Shown: positions 24,300 through 38,397 of the stretch, one piece after another
Layout: each line of letters starts with the position of its first letter
How positions within the stretch are numbered: position 1 is the first letter of the stretch
NCBI GenBank assembly: GCA_010405405.1
Contig: MU004237.1
Location: forward strand, 472,191-536,190
Source: Microthyrium microscopicum
Taxonomy: Eukaryota
Direction of reading: 5' to 3'
DNA: 64,000 bases
Translations under genes and position numbers: made by a program
Notes under the pieces: model-generated
Seen by the model: the letters and a program-made list of their open reading frames with translations, nothing else
What the model was told of the DNA's origin: nothing
Database searches by the model: none

Positions 24300-26473
24300 A
24301 TGAGTTCAGCCAGTATGGAGTCTACTACTACAAGCTTGATGTGTCCTGCGCCACGAACCTCATTGGCTTGCGACAATTGCCGCTCTAGGAAAGCGAGATG
24401 TTTGCCTAGCCGGAAAGAAGGTACTTGCCAAAGGTGAGATCAATTGTGCATCGCAATATGGAAAACGACTGAGATTTTGTTCGAGATGTTTGGCAAATCG
24501 CGCTTCCTGTGTTTTTGGCGTCCGTAAAGGGCCAGAAAAGGCTCCCAGGAGCAGTTCCACTGTTGGAGGGTATCAAGATGCGCGGCCGCCTCGTTCAGCC
24601 AAAATAGACACAAGACAACAGCAAAGTTTTGATGATGATGATATTCTGTCGGATTTATTTCCAAAGGCAACGCCTAAGAAGACAGCTCAACCTTCCCTGG
24701 TCACGGAATTTGAGAAGCAACATATAAAGGTTTTGGACGACATGTTTCCTAGTTCAACGGAAGATACGGATGAGCATACTGGACATGAATCCTTCAAGGC
24801 TCAACCAAGATCTAGCACACCTACTCCTGAGCAGCTGAAGCTCATCGATGAATCCAAGGTTAGCTTAGAGCAGGCGGAAAGGCTTTTAAAGAAATATTCA
24901 CGCATGGCAAATGTGGTTCCATGCGTCTTACTACCAGGAAACTGGACCAAGCAATCAATGCTCAAGGACCATCCTTTTCTTTCTTTGGCAATATTTTCCG
25001 CAATGTCAACGAGTCAGCCATATCTCAATCGCAGAATGGACCGTGAATTCAGACGCATCATAGCTGAGAAAGTAATGGTCGACCAAGAAAAGTCATTGGA
25101 TATTCTGCAAGGACTTTTAGTGTACTTGTGCTTTTACCCAATGCACATCAATCCAAGGAATACGCAAGTATATCATTTGATACAAATGGCAGTGTCTCTT
25201 GTTGAGGACTTTGATATCACATCTGCGGACAGCGGTTTTACGCCGAAAGAGATCATAGATATAAAGAGGGCTCATCTTGGATGTTTCTACATAGCCTGCT
25301 CGTAAGTACCACCTGACTGCTTGAATATTCCATTTCAGAAGGAGGATAGTAGTTGACATAGACCTAGCTTCATGTCCAGCAAATATCGAACTATGATCGT
25401 ATATACACCCTATCTGGCCTCACTTGCTACCGAATTGAATCAAAGCACTTACGAAAGCGATCATATCCTAGCATTTCTATTCGAAATGGCCGCCATCAAC
25501 AACGATCTGCGCAACGCAAAACAAGCATTTCTCCCCGAAAACGCTCCTGAATACATGCCCGAACTTGACAACACCTTCTTATCCTACTCCGCCCAAATCA
25601 ACACCGCCGTTGCTAGTCTGTCCCCTCAACTCCTTACCTACAGTATGTCCATTCTTCAAGATTTCCATCCAGCATCACATCTAACCCCTTCCAGCACCTA
25701 TAGTTCTAGCCCACCTATCCGTAACAATGCACCTATACGCCAAATGTCTATCACCACCTCTCCACGCCTCCCGTTCTCAACCCATCAGCACACCCAACCC
25801 CACCGCAGTCGCACGCTGTATCTACGCAACCAGAGACATGCTCGAAGCAATCATCACCCTCGAGCCCACCAAATACCGCGACTTCAGCATGCCCGAATGG
25901 TGCCGCGTAATCCAAACCTTCGTCACAATCTTCATGACACTCAGCCACATACCATCCATCCCCAACCTCGACCCCGCCGCCATCAAAGAAGTACTCCAAT
26001 TCGGACGCTACATCGAAATCCTGTGTTTCCGTATGCGTGAACTTTCCGTCGTCGATAAGGATTCTAGTGCGCCGCCGGATGTGTTTTGTCTGTGGGAGAG
26101 TGTGTTACGGATTGTGAGGAAGAAGTATGGTGCTTTGGCGAAGGATGTTGGGCATAGTATGAGTAACTCGCCTAGTGGCAATGGAAGTGCTGGTGGAAGT
26201 GATAGGGCGAGGTCTGGGATGATTAGGGCGCCGGCGACGCTGTGTCCGGTGGTGAATGGGAGTTTGAGACAGAGTGATTATTGGGATGTTTGGACGAGGA
26301 GTGAGGAGCAAGGGGCGATGTATGGCGATATGATGATGCCGGGATTGGAAGGAGTTATACCGGGGGATATGGGATTTCCTATGCCAGTTACTGAGGGGTG
26401 GGAGGGGATGTGGAGTGGTGATGGTGGAGCTGGCGCTGACGCTGGTGCTTATGGAGAGCATTCTGGATTTTAA
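24300..26473 (+). CDS. Zn(II)2Cys6 fungal transcription factor
   Basis: ACDNCRSRKARC..TCQR|CLANRASC across an intron at about 24433-24487; KSLDILQGLLVY middle homology region; further introns near 25302 and 25643. Start may be 24315. Confidence 0.9.
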
Positions 26474-26530
26474 GTGATGGGGAGTTGAAAGTTGGATAGG
26501 CTGATGACCAGGTTTCAGATTATGGGTATC

Positions 26531-28537
26531 TTATGACTTTTTGACTCCACCAAATTGTAAAGAGCTCAGAAATACTGTCCAGAATACCGATAGTAGTCCG
26601 ATGCTAGAGCTGAGAAGTATCTGTCCGTTTTGTAGATCATCTGGGTGCTTCCAGGGGTAAAGCCAAAGAATTATGTAGACCATTCCAGGAAGTAGACAAA
26701 TCGTGTTATATAGCCAAACCCTGGCTAGAGATATTTTCTCCCTTGCGTACAGTCCCCAGAAATGCTCTCTTCGGGAATATCCATCCTCTATCGGGGTCTT
26801 ACGTTTTGGTATAAGTTGCAGTGCTTCAGTACAGTGCATACAGCTCCGTTTGCAGTTGCGAAAGAAGTGCAATAATGGCCTATGCCTGAAGCAGGCGTAA
26901 AACCTGTTGTAGAATTCGATTTCATCGATTGGGGGTATTGCTACCATTGGATTAGGTAGTTCGTAGTTGGTATCGTTCTGGGGTGGGAAGTCATGATTTT
27001 TGCCTAAGGAATATTGCCCATCATCGTATTTGACGAACTATAAGTATTATTTCCGAGTTAGTAAATGGCCGCTCTCACGGATGTAGACGTCTTTGAGACC
27101 TTCCTGTAATCAACGCTGTAGGTCGGTACTTACGCTGGAAAAGTCGCAATGGGAATATTGCCAGAGACTGAACAGTCTACGGAAGAGGCCCTTCAAACGC
27201 AGATATTCCACTTTGAGATCGTGGAAGAATTCGACACTTGACTTTCGAGAAACCTCGATTTGTGCCATAGGAAGTGTATCCCCTGCTCTTACTAGTAAGA
27301 AAACATAAAGTGGGTTTGGTAGAGGGATAGGTTGTAGCGGTATTACTTGTGGCGACGTCTGAGGATTGGAACGTGATCCCGACAGACTATGCTGACTGCT
27401 GCTTGAAGTGCTTGCGGGTGTTTGAGAAAATGTGTACGGACTCACTGCCGTGGAGTCGATATCTGTACCCTGTTGCGGAGCTGTAGAAGGAGATGCTTCG
27501 CGGGCATCATTTGGTGCTTCAGGGTTGCTTTTGAAGTACAAATACAATAATGCAGCAATATCTATATGTGTTTTTGCAGTTGATTTGGTTCCACATTGCT
27601 ATAAAATGTTAACGCTCATGCTAGCAGGAGTAAAGAAGTCGCTGATGCTTACACATGTCCAGCTTAGCTGAGCCTCATTCCATTTGAGCTGCTGAGCGGG
27701 TTGTTGTAGCGGCCACCAGTCAATCTCGTCGTTGATAGAGCGCTGGACAAAGCATTTTACTTGCTCAACCCAGTTGAGACTGTGATTGGTTGCAATACTA
27801 ACACGAACAGGACGACATGTTAGTACTTTATGTAAGGTACGCTCAAGCCTGGAGAGCTCTGGCAAGTCTTGCGTCTTGACGAATTGCGTTCTCACTATAT
27901 CATTCCACAAATGCGTATGTTCTCTTCCATAAGGCTTGAGGATATTCCGTCTCTCGGGTAACGGCTCAGCCTCGACTCTAGATTCCACTGGCTCGCCATG
28001 CCACGAATATGTAGAAGTGTTGTCGTGCATTGTTGGGTCTGAATCCCTTCTGGCCCTTATGTTGCGCCATCTTGATTCTTGTACAAGCGACAGGAATGTA
28101 TGAGCAATAGCAGACGCTTGAGGTGAAAGAAATTGTAATGCTCCATCTCGGACTTGATGCTTTCCATCTTCTGATCTCCTGATTTTCATCTTCCTCGCGT
28201 CCATTGCCCGCGACAACACTGCTTCAACAATCTTCCAATTTTCTTTTTCCGAACGGTCCGCAGGCCACTTTTCTGGTGTTTCCACTTCACTTTCCGGCTG
28301 TACTATCTTTGTCGTTTCCACTTCAGCCTCTGCTTGGGCTATCCTTGAGCGTGCCACTTCGAACTTTAGTATTGGTGTGGATGCACTCCATGATCCGCCA
28401 CCACCAAAGCCGCCTCCCTTCAGCGTCTCATAGTGACAGCAAGAGTCCGCCTGATGCCCACATGATGGACAGAGTGGAGTGTTTTTCACATTCCCGTTCT
28501 CATTTGTACACTTGCAACAATACCAGATGGTTGACAT
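26531..28537 (-). CDS. Conserved fungal hypothetical protein: N-terminal Cys ribbon, C-terminal two TM helices
   Basis: WYCCKC..CPSCGH..CC; IDWWPL..LSWTC|; HFWGLYARE; DDLQNG between two hydrophobic helices; introns near 27600-27652 and 27040-27132. Confidence 0.65.
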
Positions 28538-29564
28538 GATCAGGAAGTTGAAAGACACTGCAAAGTAGGTGCTGAGGGCAATAGAGACCACGAACAATCA
28601 TGAGTTCATCTCACAGGATGTAGGGTGGAAACTTGATTTATGGCCGGTCAAGCTCGTCAGGCTGAGTCTTGGCTTCTGCTTTGATAGGCGGAGACGCGCT
28701 GCAGATTAGACATGGCCATAGTCGATCTGACGGAATACGGTCCGTGCAGCTCAGGGAATGCAGAATCGGTGAAGGGAACATTGAAGAATCTAATTAACTA
28801 ACTACTGCAATAACTACGGTATTTATACCCCGTTGAAGACGTAAAACGTGTCTTCTTGGAGCCTAGAATTCAGGCTACAATAGAGGCAAAAGTAATGTGT
28901 AGAAAGGGGTAGAAAAGGCAAAAAGATGTGATAGCCAATAGAGGCCGAATTTTGGTGTTTCCGCTTCCTGATCCTAGATCAGGACTAGCGCGGATCCAGG
29001 GTTTGGAACGAACCTTCTGTCACGATCCATTGGCCATCTAAACTGGTAGCGTGCAGAGACACTGCACCCACAATAGGTCAACCGAATAAGCTGCTTGTCT
29101 TCATCGTTCCAGAGTAATCGAGTTAAGTCAAGCCTTTTAGGATACCGCGGGTCTCCTTAAGTTCGTCTTACAGTACTTAGGTATAGACCGTACTCACCTG
29201 AAGTCTAGGTAGATACAAGAGGAATTGAATGGTTTTGAGAACGTACTATCTTGTAAGCAATACGATCCGCGAGATTTGTGCTGCTGAAAGGTTTAAGAGT
29301 TCGTATAAAAATCATATATCGTGAGTGGACAAACCCCGATGATGTGTGAAACCAGGAAAGGTTGATACTTAGGTACCTATGTACCTAGTGTTTGTTTGCA
29401 CAGCAGAACACGTATAACGCTATAACCGCCATTATCGTGTTGCATACTTCAACGTCTTATTGAAGTGTTTTCATTTTCAGGCATCTCCAGCTAGGAATAT
29501 AGCCCAATCCAGCCAATCCAGGAGTAGAACCGTCTTTAAGCTGGTTTTTCTCTTCTTTTCCATT

Positions 29565-31392
29565 CTATTCATTTCCATCATCGAGAGCTTCCTCGTTTTC
29601 TTCCCATCTACTGCTGCCGTTGGGTGGAAATCGAGACAACAACAATACTCCAAAACCAAGTAGTGCCACAGCCTAACACATTAAGATTAGTATTCTAACG
29701 CCGAGACCACAGGAAACTTTCTTACGGCATTACAAGCAAACACAAGCTCCGGCCTCCCCAGTTTAGCCAATCCAGCAAAAACGATACCGAATAATGTAGC
29801 TATCTCAGAGTTAGCTCCATATCACTCAGCAATTGCTCATCTTACTCGTCGACAACCGTGCTATCATTTCGACCAACGTAATAGCACTCAGTGCATCCGT
29901 CCTCGAACCAGCCGGACACATCTGCAAAATCGTCCCCTTAGCCGACGCTCCCGTCCCACTAGCAAACGGCAACAACGCCGCCACGACGAAGACCTGCCAT
30001 CCCTGCGTCACAAACGTCGCAAGTCCCGTCAGAATACCATCAGCCAGTAAGCTATACTTGGTATACAGCAGATCAAAATCAAACTGCTCGTCCTTATTTG
30101 CTAATTTTGTCGGCTCATCGGGTTCCTCGGCTTGATTGGCCGCAAATTCTCGTGGCTCGGTGGGAAGTTCTGGAACATCTGAATCGATGAGTGGTGTGGT
30201 GCTGCCGGATAAGTCTCGAGCAGCTTGTGTTTCGCGGCGCCGAGCGAGCCATTCGCGGCCATAGGATATGCAGCGGGGGAAGACGAGGGTTAGGAACACA
30301 CCGCGCACGCAGGAGTAGAGAGAGATGAGATAACTGTTTTCTCTAGTCTTGAAGTGGAGCACATCGGTGGAGAACATTTGTAGGAGAACTGGGATGTATC
30401 CGGTTGCAAGAACGCCAGCGAACACGCCGATGCCGAGAATGAGAGCGCCATATTCTGTCTGGATACGACCATCTCTGAGGATCCATTTTTGGGGCGCGAG
30501 CAGTTTGAGAGGGCCAAAGAAACGGGAGATTCCGGCACTGGGTTGAGATTTGCGCGCAGAAGCTTCTTCGGAAGCTGGGATTGTGGGGAGGAAGATGATG
30601 GCATACAGCGTGCTGAGAAGAAACAGAGATAGAGTGACGCGGAATGGCCATATGATGCCAAATCGATCAGCTATAAGTCCGCCAGCGAGGTATCCAATGG
30701 ACGTTCCAAACATGGCACAGCCCATGAGTTTCCCGAGAGCTCCGGTGCGTTCTTTGGACTCTACGACTTCAGTGACGAAGGAATTAAGAGTGAGCATGTA
30801 GCCAGATGGCCCGCCGATGATGGTGATGATCTGGGAAGATTGAACAATGAGAATGCCGGTGCTGCTACCGACCATAACACCGATATTTTGAACGGCCAGC
30901 CGAACTGCAGGCCAGAAGACTTGGATTGCTAATGCATTTTTGACGCCGAGTTTCTTGATGGTCCATGCGGTCACGAAGAGGTTGACGACGCCAAAAAGAG
31001 TAGTAGACGCTGAGAGTAATGCGACGGCAAGTGATGTGCTGGCTTCAATATCATCTACGGAGCAGCGATCATGCTGTGGATCCAGTGGAGGTTCCTCGTG
31101 AGTTTCATAATATGCTTCACATGTCATCAATCGGAAAACGTATATGAGCCTTTAAAAGAGTCAGTGATAACAATTGAAGACGAGAACTTAGAAGGAATGG
31201 AAGTTAAGATCAATTTGGTAGTTGTACATACGGGACTTGAGTAACACTAAAAGAAAGAGAAACAAGGAAACCACAAAATAAGGCGAGTTTCAATGCTAAT
31301 GCAGATTTCTTATGCTTTTGAGATACAGTCGACTCCGTCCGTAGAAGGGGAGTTGTCTCGTCAGCTCCATTGGAGTCTTGAACGTCAGCCAT
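29565..31392 (-). CDS. MFS transporter
   Basis: Many TM helices, ERTGALGKLMG loop, DETTPLL N-terminal sorting motif; last exon AVALLGFGVLLLSRFPP..GNE*. Confidence 0.88.
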
Positions 31393-31879
31393 TTGAAGAT
31401 GTAAGAGACATAAGACCCACAGCTTGACAAGAGATATTTATCTAAGAATAGAGTTACATTGGACTAGAATGATTCATAGCCGACCTCGGGAATGCACCTC
31501 AATATGACTGGATCTGGACTGGTTGAAGATAAGAGTCAAGTTTGATAGGTCAATCGAGTCGGTGAGGATAATGGCAAATCGGAAAGTTGACGAGGGTGCT
31601 TCGGGCCGGCTGTGGCTGAGCCAGCAGTCACTAGCCACAAAGGTATGGCGTCTGAAGCTTTGACTTTTATGCATCGTAACTTCCTCCTCTAAATTTGGAC
31701 GCGTCGATTTGATCGCAGTTGCCCTTTACGCGTCGAGCTCCCCAATCCCAACTTCTCCCACCTCTTACTTGGGGCACTCCTCCTTTTCACTGAGTGTTCT
31801 GGTTGCCAAGTACATTATATTCAACTGCTTCGTCTTCAGCAGCTGAAACAAACACTACAAAGGCCACATGGATTGTATC

Positions 31880-34568
31880 ATGGCCGACACATATGATTCC
31901 ACGCCGCCACTTTTTGCGGATGTGAGATTCGTCGTCATATCACCACCGCAAATGCCAGACGACGACCCAGGATTCACAAGTGTCAGTATACATCCCCGGC
32001 TGTCCTCCAATTGCTTGCTGACCACATTTCGTACTAGGCTATTACTGCGCTGACAGACGAGGGTGCAACGCGCATCGCTTTGGACCCTACAAATCCGCGA
32101 ATCACCAATTTCAAAGAAATTACCCACATCATTACCAAAAGCGTTGATTTTCAGGACTACGATGTTGCGCTCGACCATTTCATCCACGTTGTCAAACCCT
32201 CGTGGATCCACGATTCCTCTCGAAAACATAGACTTGCCAATCCTCGCGGATATACACCAGATCCAGCATTGTTCTTCCACGATGTGGTCCTCGCGTTCGG
32301 CGATCTACCCCCCGGCGACATTGAAGCAATTCAAGGGATGATTTTGGCAAAAGGTGGAAGTTTCGTGGAACATCTTAGCAAGATGGCCACACACCTGGTA
32401 GCCTTAGACGAAAACGATCGATACGTACAGAGTGCCGAGAAAAAGGACTGGCAAGGCAAACGAGTGCTACCACATTGGTTTGACGCCTGTCTGAGACTGA
32501 ATCGTCGAATCTCCGAAGAACCATACGATGTGATAAACGCGGAAATATTTCGAATGAACAAGGGCAAACCGAAGCCCAGAAACAATGCCGAAATTGAGAC
32601 TGCATTGATGCTGACACCGTCACTGTCGCCGCCACCCACCCAGGGTGTTAAAGCGACGGTATTTAACAATCAAAAAGTGATGCTGGCAAAGGATCTAGGT
32701 TTGAATGACCAGACTCGAGATGCAATCGAACAATTGATCCTCAACGGTGGTGGCAATTTGGCGACGACAGTCAGCGAGTCCGACATGTTCATTTGTCAAT
32801 ACCGCGAAGGCCCTGACTATGTTGAGGCAGGTCTCTCACCGAACACAACAGTTGGCAATCTCAGCTGGCTGTACAATCTCATCGGGCGAAACAAGTGGAC
32901 AAATCCTACTTTGAAACTGCTCCATTATCCGGTGCCAAAACATGGAATTCCAGACTTTGGCCCTGGAACAACCATCAGCATCTCCAATTACACAGGTCAC
33001 GCTCGGACTTATCTTGAGCATTTAGTCAAAGCCAGTGGTGCGACCTTTACCAAAACCATGGTAGAAAAGACCACATACCTCGTAACGGCTCACGATCGGA
33101 GCGAAAAGGTGGATGCAGCAAAGGAGTGGAATATACACATAGTTAATCATCTCTGGCTCGAGGATTCATATGCTCAGAATAAAGTTCAAAGCGTTTCGAA
33201 TGCTCGGTACACCCACTTTCCCAGCAGAACAAACCTGGGCGAAATAGTGGGGCAAACACCAATTTCCAAAGATGCTTTGGAAAAGTATTTCTTGAAGCGC
33301 CCACAAGCTATTCGGGAAGTCTCGATGGAGGATTATGATGACGCTACTGACTTTGTTGCCCCTTCAACGCTGAAGCCTGGCCGTCGAGTTACCTCACACA
33401 ACCCCTCCTCGTCTAACACACCTGGACCACAAACTGCAAAGCGAGTTCGAAGTGAAAATTTCATGACTCCGCAGCGACGTCTGACTGAACAAGAAATAAT
33501 GGCTCTCGACTCCTCATTCACGGGATCTTCGCGTGCTTCCAAAACCAAAGCTATGTCAAAATTACACGATGCGGCTGCAGATATTGCCTTATACGAGAAA
33601 GAACGAAAGCGAGTTGGCGGCGTCACCCATGGACGTGATCGAGCTCGGTCCAATAGTGTTGAGTCCGACGCTCGACCGGGCAAGAACCCCAAGAAATCTC
33701 CGAAGCGCAAGGCTAAAGAAGAAGAGGAGGAGTCCGAGGAGACCGAAGAGGAAGCCAAAACTTCCACTGCTCAGCCTCGGAAGAAGAAGGTTAAGACAGA
33801 GAAGACGACCGGCAAGCTCAAGGTCATTGTCAGCATATACCCTCGCTGGCACCAAAATCCAAGCCTTGAACAGGCGGACAAGGTATGTCAATTCTTTATC
33901 ACCAGGGTACTGTAAAACTAATTCTCATCTAGAACAAGTTAAGGAACTTAGGTGTCCATATTATCGAAGACCTACCAGCTACAGGCAGTTTCCTTCTCTG
34001 CGCACCAAAGATCGCTCGAACGCGAAAGTTTATCTGCGCCCTTTCTCGAGGACCAGAGATTGTCGAAACAACCTTTCTCGACCACTGCTTGGAACACAAA
34101 GAGATCCCGGATATTGAAGACCACCCATTAGTCGATGAAGAAGGCGAGGAGAATATAGGATTTCGCCTAGCCGAATCAGTCGAACGCGCACACGAAAACA
34201 AGGGCAAATTACTCAAAGCATTCCAGATATTCATGACTGAAAATATCGCTGGCAAGTTTGCTAACTACAAAGACATCATTGAAGCCAATGGCGGTCGGTG
34301 CCATATGTTCAATGCCAAGACGAAGATGACGGTGCCTAAAAACAAGCTGCAGGGCGAGGTACCTAACGCTAATCAAGCTACCCCGGATGACGAGCTGTTC
34401 TTGGTCAGTGGGATGAGTGCACAGGAGAAGAACCTGTGGCCCAAGTTTGAGGAGATGGCGCGGAAGGCAGAGATGGTGCCGAAGATTGTCAAGACGGACT
34501 GGTTGCTGAATGTTGCCATGGCGCAGAAGATCCACTGGGATCCAAGCTGGGAGCATGTGTCGCCGTAG
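31880..34568 (+). CDS. RTT107: Multi-BRCT DNA repair scaffold, Rtt107/Brc1-like
   Basis: Repeated BRCT motifs (VKPSWIHDS, LPHWFDAC, GNLSWLY..LLHYP, ISISNYTG, VNHLWLEDSY, RTRKFICAL); introns near 31982-32037 and 33883-33932. Confidence 0.85.
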
Positions 34569-34788
34569 CTGACCATTTCATGTGTTCATGCTTTGGCGGT
34601 ATAATTTACTGTCTATCAAAGTGGTGTTGACTTTGCTCGCAAGTCGAGCAGCATCCAATAGTATAGGGACACCGCATCATAGTCTGCGACGCTAATATAA
34701 TACTAGAGGCCGTTCACCGTCTCTATGCACGGATATCGATACAATCGCTGTAACCTTCCAAATGACCGAGCGATTTAACCCGCACCCC

Positions 34789-35656
34789 TCAAAAGAATTT
34801 GACTCCCAACGAGTCCTCCTGCCCGAATATTTGTGCTTTTCCGCGCTTGACCAAAACTTGCAGCGATTTCTGCAACAAGTCCATATCCATCCCATGAAAC
34901 TCTACACGTCGTTAGCGCCCATCAGATCTCATATATCCCACGCGCTTCGATGGAATCGACATCGTCAAAAGGATTTGACATACCTTGACTCGCCGTTGCC
35001 TCCCCCTCCACCAATTCCCACAGTGTCAACTGGAAATGATTAGTAGATAATCACAAAAGAATATTACTATAACGCGCTGGGACAAAACCACACTGTGAAA
35101 GAGACAAAAAGGGTCCCCAGGCGCGATAACCAATCGGACTTGATAGTAGACAGCGAATCTCTGGGCCCCATGACACGCGATGCGATCGAAGAACATTTGC
35201 GAAGAAACTCACCACACTGCCCTTCTGCCCCGTGCCATCTACCCATCCCTCCAAAACACTTGCCCACTCCTCCGGCCGTCTCCAGTAAACCCACACCTTC
35301 TCCGCGCCAGTCTTGGCTTTGCCAGTTCCCCCGATCCATTCTGCTCTGTTTCCACCTGGCTCACTTGCCATCCAGTTCAACACCTCTCTTGCGTCATTTA
35401 GAGAGAGTCGCCGATTTAGGGCAGCGTTGTGGAAGAGTGGTGAGTTTAGAGCATCTATTAGGGAAAGCACGAAGATCCGGTTATGCCGACAGTAGGCCTG
35501 GATTAGGAGAGACCATTTTTGGTGTTGAGCGGCGCGAGTTACTAGATTGGGTTGGGCAGTGAAGAAGGGCGGGAAGGAGTAGTAGCCTGGGAACTGGAAT
35601 GGTGTTGCTGTAGACGGTGGTTCTAGTGCGCCTGTCTGTGGGGCTGCTTGGGCCAT
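34789..35656 (-). CDS. VPS25: ESCRT-II subunit Vps25
   Basis: YSFPPFFTAQPN, YWRRPEEWA, GSV|LTLWELVEGE, EFHGMD, C-terminal GVKFF*; introns 35030-35212 and about 34902-34983. Confidence 0.95.
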
Positions 35657-36128
35657 TGGGAAGGCTTGATATTGAAATTTGGCGCCGTCGATCCTTGAAT
35701 ATATAGTGATTGTGGTAATGCCCGTGGAGTTGTGGTGGTTGATGCCTGGATCTTGGATCGAACCCTGGAATTGCGCCGGAGGTGATATGCTTCCTCGCTC
35801 TTTTTTATTTTTCCCAGATGTCTTGATGGGAATTACAGACGACGATGGGAATGTTTGTATAATTTATCGCAAGTTGGTTGAAGGATCGGATGTACCTTTG
35901 TGATGGAGATGGTTGGACGGTTGGAGTTTAATATGCAAGGAGACGGCAAGATCCGTAAGTGGCGCTTGTCGCGTGTATATCCCTGCTTCCTCTAACTTCA
36001 CTCCAACCTTTTGGTCGTGTTTCTGATGATCAAGTCCTAAATCAGGAGTATTCATCTATAGACAGTACCGTAACCACTCTGCGGGATCGAAATTTGCTTC
36101 AGAAAGTCTCATTCGAGCCTATCCCGCC

Positions 36129-37161
36129 ATGGTTGGCGCCCCTGATCGCCGCGCACCATGCCCGGTCGACAGATTCAAGAAAGACTTCGCCAGATTACGC
36201 ACGACTAATTATTCCGATATAATTCCTGGCGCACGCGCTCCAGCATCGACATTACGAGCGCTTGCATGGGCACCATTGGGGAACCTGGTGGCCACCGGGG
36301 CAGCTAATAACAAGCTGCGCGTCTGGAACCCCGAGCGCGCACAAGTCAAATATTCGACAGATCTCCGTGGTCACGACAAGTCAGTTGAGCGCGTAGTGTT
36401 CAATCCGCTCAGGGAGGCAGAGCTAGCAAGCTGTAGTTTAGATGGCACAGTACGCATTTGGGATGTTCGGAGTAAAGCGAACGTCGCCAAATTCGAGATG
36501 GGCAAAGAATTCTTTTCACTTTGCTGGACCCCTAATGGCGAGGAGTTGGTCGCCGGGACGAAGGTAAGTCGAAAAATTGTTTGCGCCTGGGATTCACTTT
36601 GACAAGTTATAGGATGATACATTATATCGCATATCAAGAGCAACAAATTCAGTGATATCAACACACGTTCAACCAATCCAAACCAACCACGTAGCATTCT
36701 CATGGGACGGCCAACAAATATTTCTTACCGGCGGTGATGGTACCGTAAAGATACTAAATTACCCCAGCATGGAGCAAACATACACGTTTCGTGCGCATAC
36801 ATCTTCGTGTTTCTGGCTTGATATGTCTCCAACAGGCCGGATATTGGCTGTGGGCGGTACTGACGCGCTCGTTACTCTCTGGAACACCAAGCTGTGGACG
36901 TGTCCGCGAACACTGGACAGGCTGACTGGTCCAATTCGCACGGTCAGCTTTTCGTGGTGTGGAGGGTACATTACTGCAGGTGGAGAAGAGGATAGGGGCC
37001 TCGAGCTGTACCACGTTGACTCGGGAGAGATGTTGCATCGGATTGAATGTGGGGCTGCTCCACTTGTGCAGTGGAGTCCGAAGGATTATTCGCTGGCGTA
37101 TGCGACGCATGAGATGAATGGTGGGTTGAAGATCATTAACGGATCTAAACTTGGGCTTTGA
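36129..37161 (+). CDS. TEX1: WD40 protein, THO/TREX subunit Tex1/THOC3-like
   Basis: WD repeats with LAVGGTDALVTLW, CPRTLDRL, IRTVSFSWCG, LAYA; intron from about 36563. Confidence 0.8.
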
Positions 37162-37776
37162 ATCTGAAGCATCATGGTGCATGGAGGGGACCAAGTCAAA
37201 AGTTACACGCAAATTTGGGTTCGCTCAAAAGCGTAGGTTCCTCAAAACATACACTATGTGTCGTTGATTAACACCATTTTAGCTCAAGACAGTATCATGA
37301 GGTATTACAGCATAATAAATGCCACGAAACCATAATCTTTCAATCATAACCAGGTCAAGAAGAAACGTCGTCTGGTTGAATGCAATAGGTGATTTGGCTT
37401 ACCTAATATTTGGGCTGAATCATAGTGGGAAAGTGTCATAAAACTACGTTGATGCTAATTACAATAATATGTTACACACAGCAGTATACATACATACATA
37501 CAAATTCGACGCCCCTGCCAAATAATACCTCTATTTCTCTCGGGATAGTTCTCCAATCATCAACTCGTTGAAGACTCAAAAAAACCACGCTCAAAGCAAG
37601 CAAAACAAAACCTCCAGAGCGCTAGAAAGGTTGTAAGAGAAGAAAAAACGATACAAGCATTGCAGACACAGTAGCAAAAGAGAAAAGAAAGCAAAAGCAA
37701 TCCATCAATGGGCCAAAATTGAATAGGGTGGTGCTGGTCAAAGTCGAAGTTTTAATCACGAGCAGCAGATGGTGAG

Positions 37777-37783
37777 TATATTT
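37777..37783 (+). promoter_or_regulatory. TATA-like element about 30 nt upstream of the 5S gene
   Basis: TATATTT at about -31; matches the upstream TATA known for dispersed Neurospora 5S genes. Confidence 0.5.
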
Positions 37784-37807
37784 ACTACTCAGTTGCGATT
37801 GCCCTTC

Positions 37808-37926
37808 ACGTACGGCCATAGGTCGAAGAATACAAGGCGTCCCGTCCGCTCCGCCCTATTTAAGCTTCGAACCGGTTGATTAGTAGTACCGTGGGTGACC
37901 AGGCGCGAATCCCAACTGCTGTACGT
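37808..37926 (+). rRNA. 5S rRNA gene (dispersed copy)
   Basis: 119 nt; ACGTACGGC/GCTGTACGT terminal helix, CCCGTCCGCTC, TTAAGC, TTAGTAGTA, GGGTGACC..GCGAATCC; followed by an oligo-T Pol III terminator. Confidence 0.95.
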
Positions 37927-38397
37927 TTTTTTTTGCCCTCCTGGACTACTGGCAAAGATAAAAATATTTTTCTGGACGTTTTCAAGGTTCTGCCTCGCGC
38001 CCCAAAAGTGTTTGGAATTAATTGAAGTGTACGTTGTGGAGTTGTGGCTGGATATATGTCGACTTCTTGGTATAATCCCTGTCGACGTGAAGTCGCTGGC
38101 CGCAACACACTTTTAGCGTGGTAATTTTGGAAAGTCAATCATGAGTAATAAGGACATCCCTGTATCCATTTTGGTCAGTTATGCTCGATAGTTATCAAAA
38201 TCTATGATGGGTAGCGATAACTTACGAAATGCTGAGAAGTATGTTTCCGGTATGGGTTGTGATATCGGGCGCTGTTTGCGGCGGTTCACTGTACGGGGAG
38301 AAAGGCAATCTGTCTACGACAACCGAATGCAGATTCTCTACGGGACGAACTAAATCTATGTTAGGTACGGAATACTTTGAGATTGGACTCTTGGTTA

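Noticed and set aside
28966..28984. TCCTGATC-CTA-GATCAGGA inverted repeat
   Set aside because: An 8 bp stem is expected by chance in 64 kb.
37860..38138. ORFs or a tRNA near 37.9 kb
   Set aside because: The sequence is the 5S rRNA gene and its flank.
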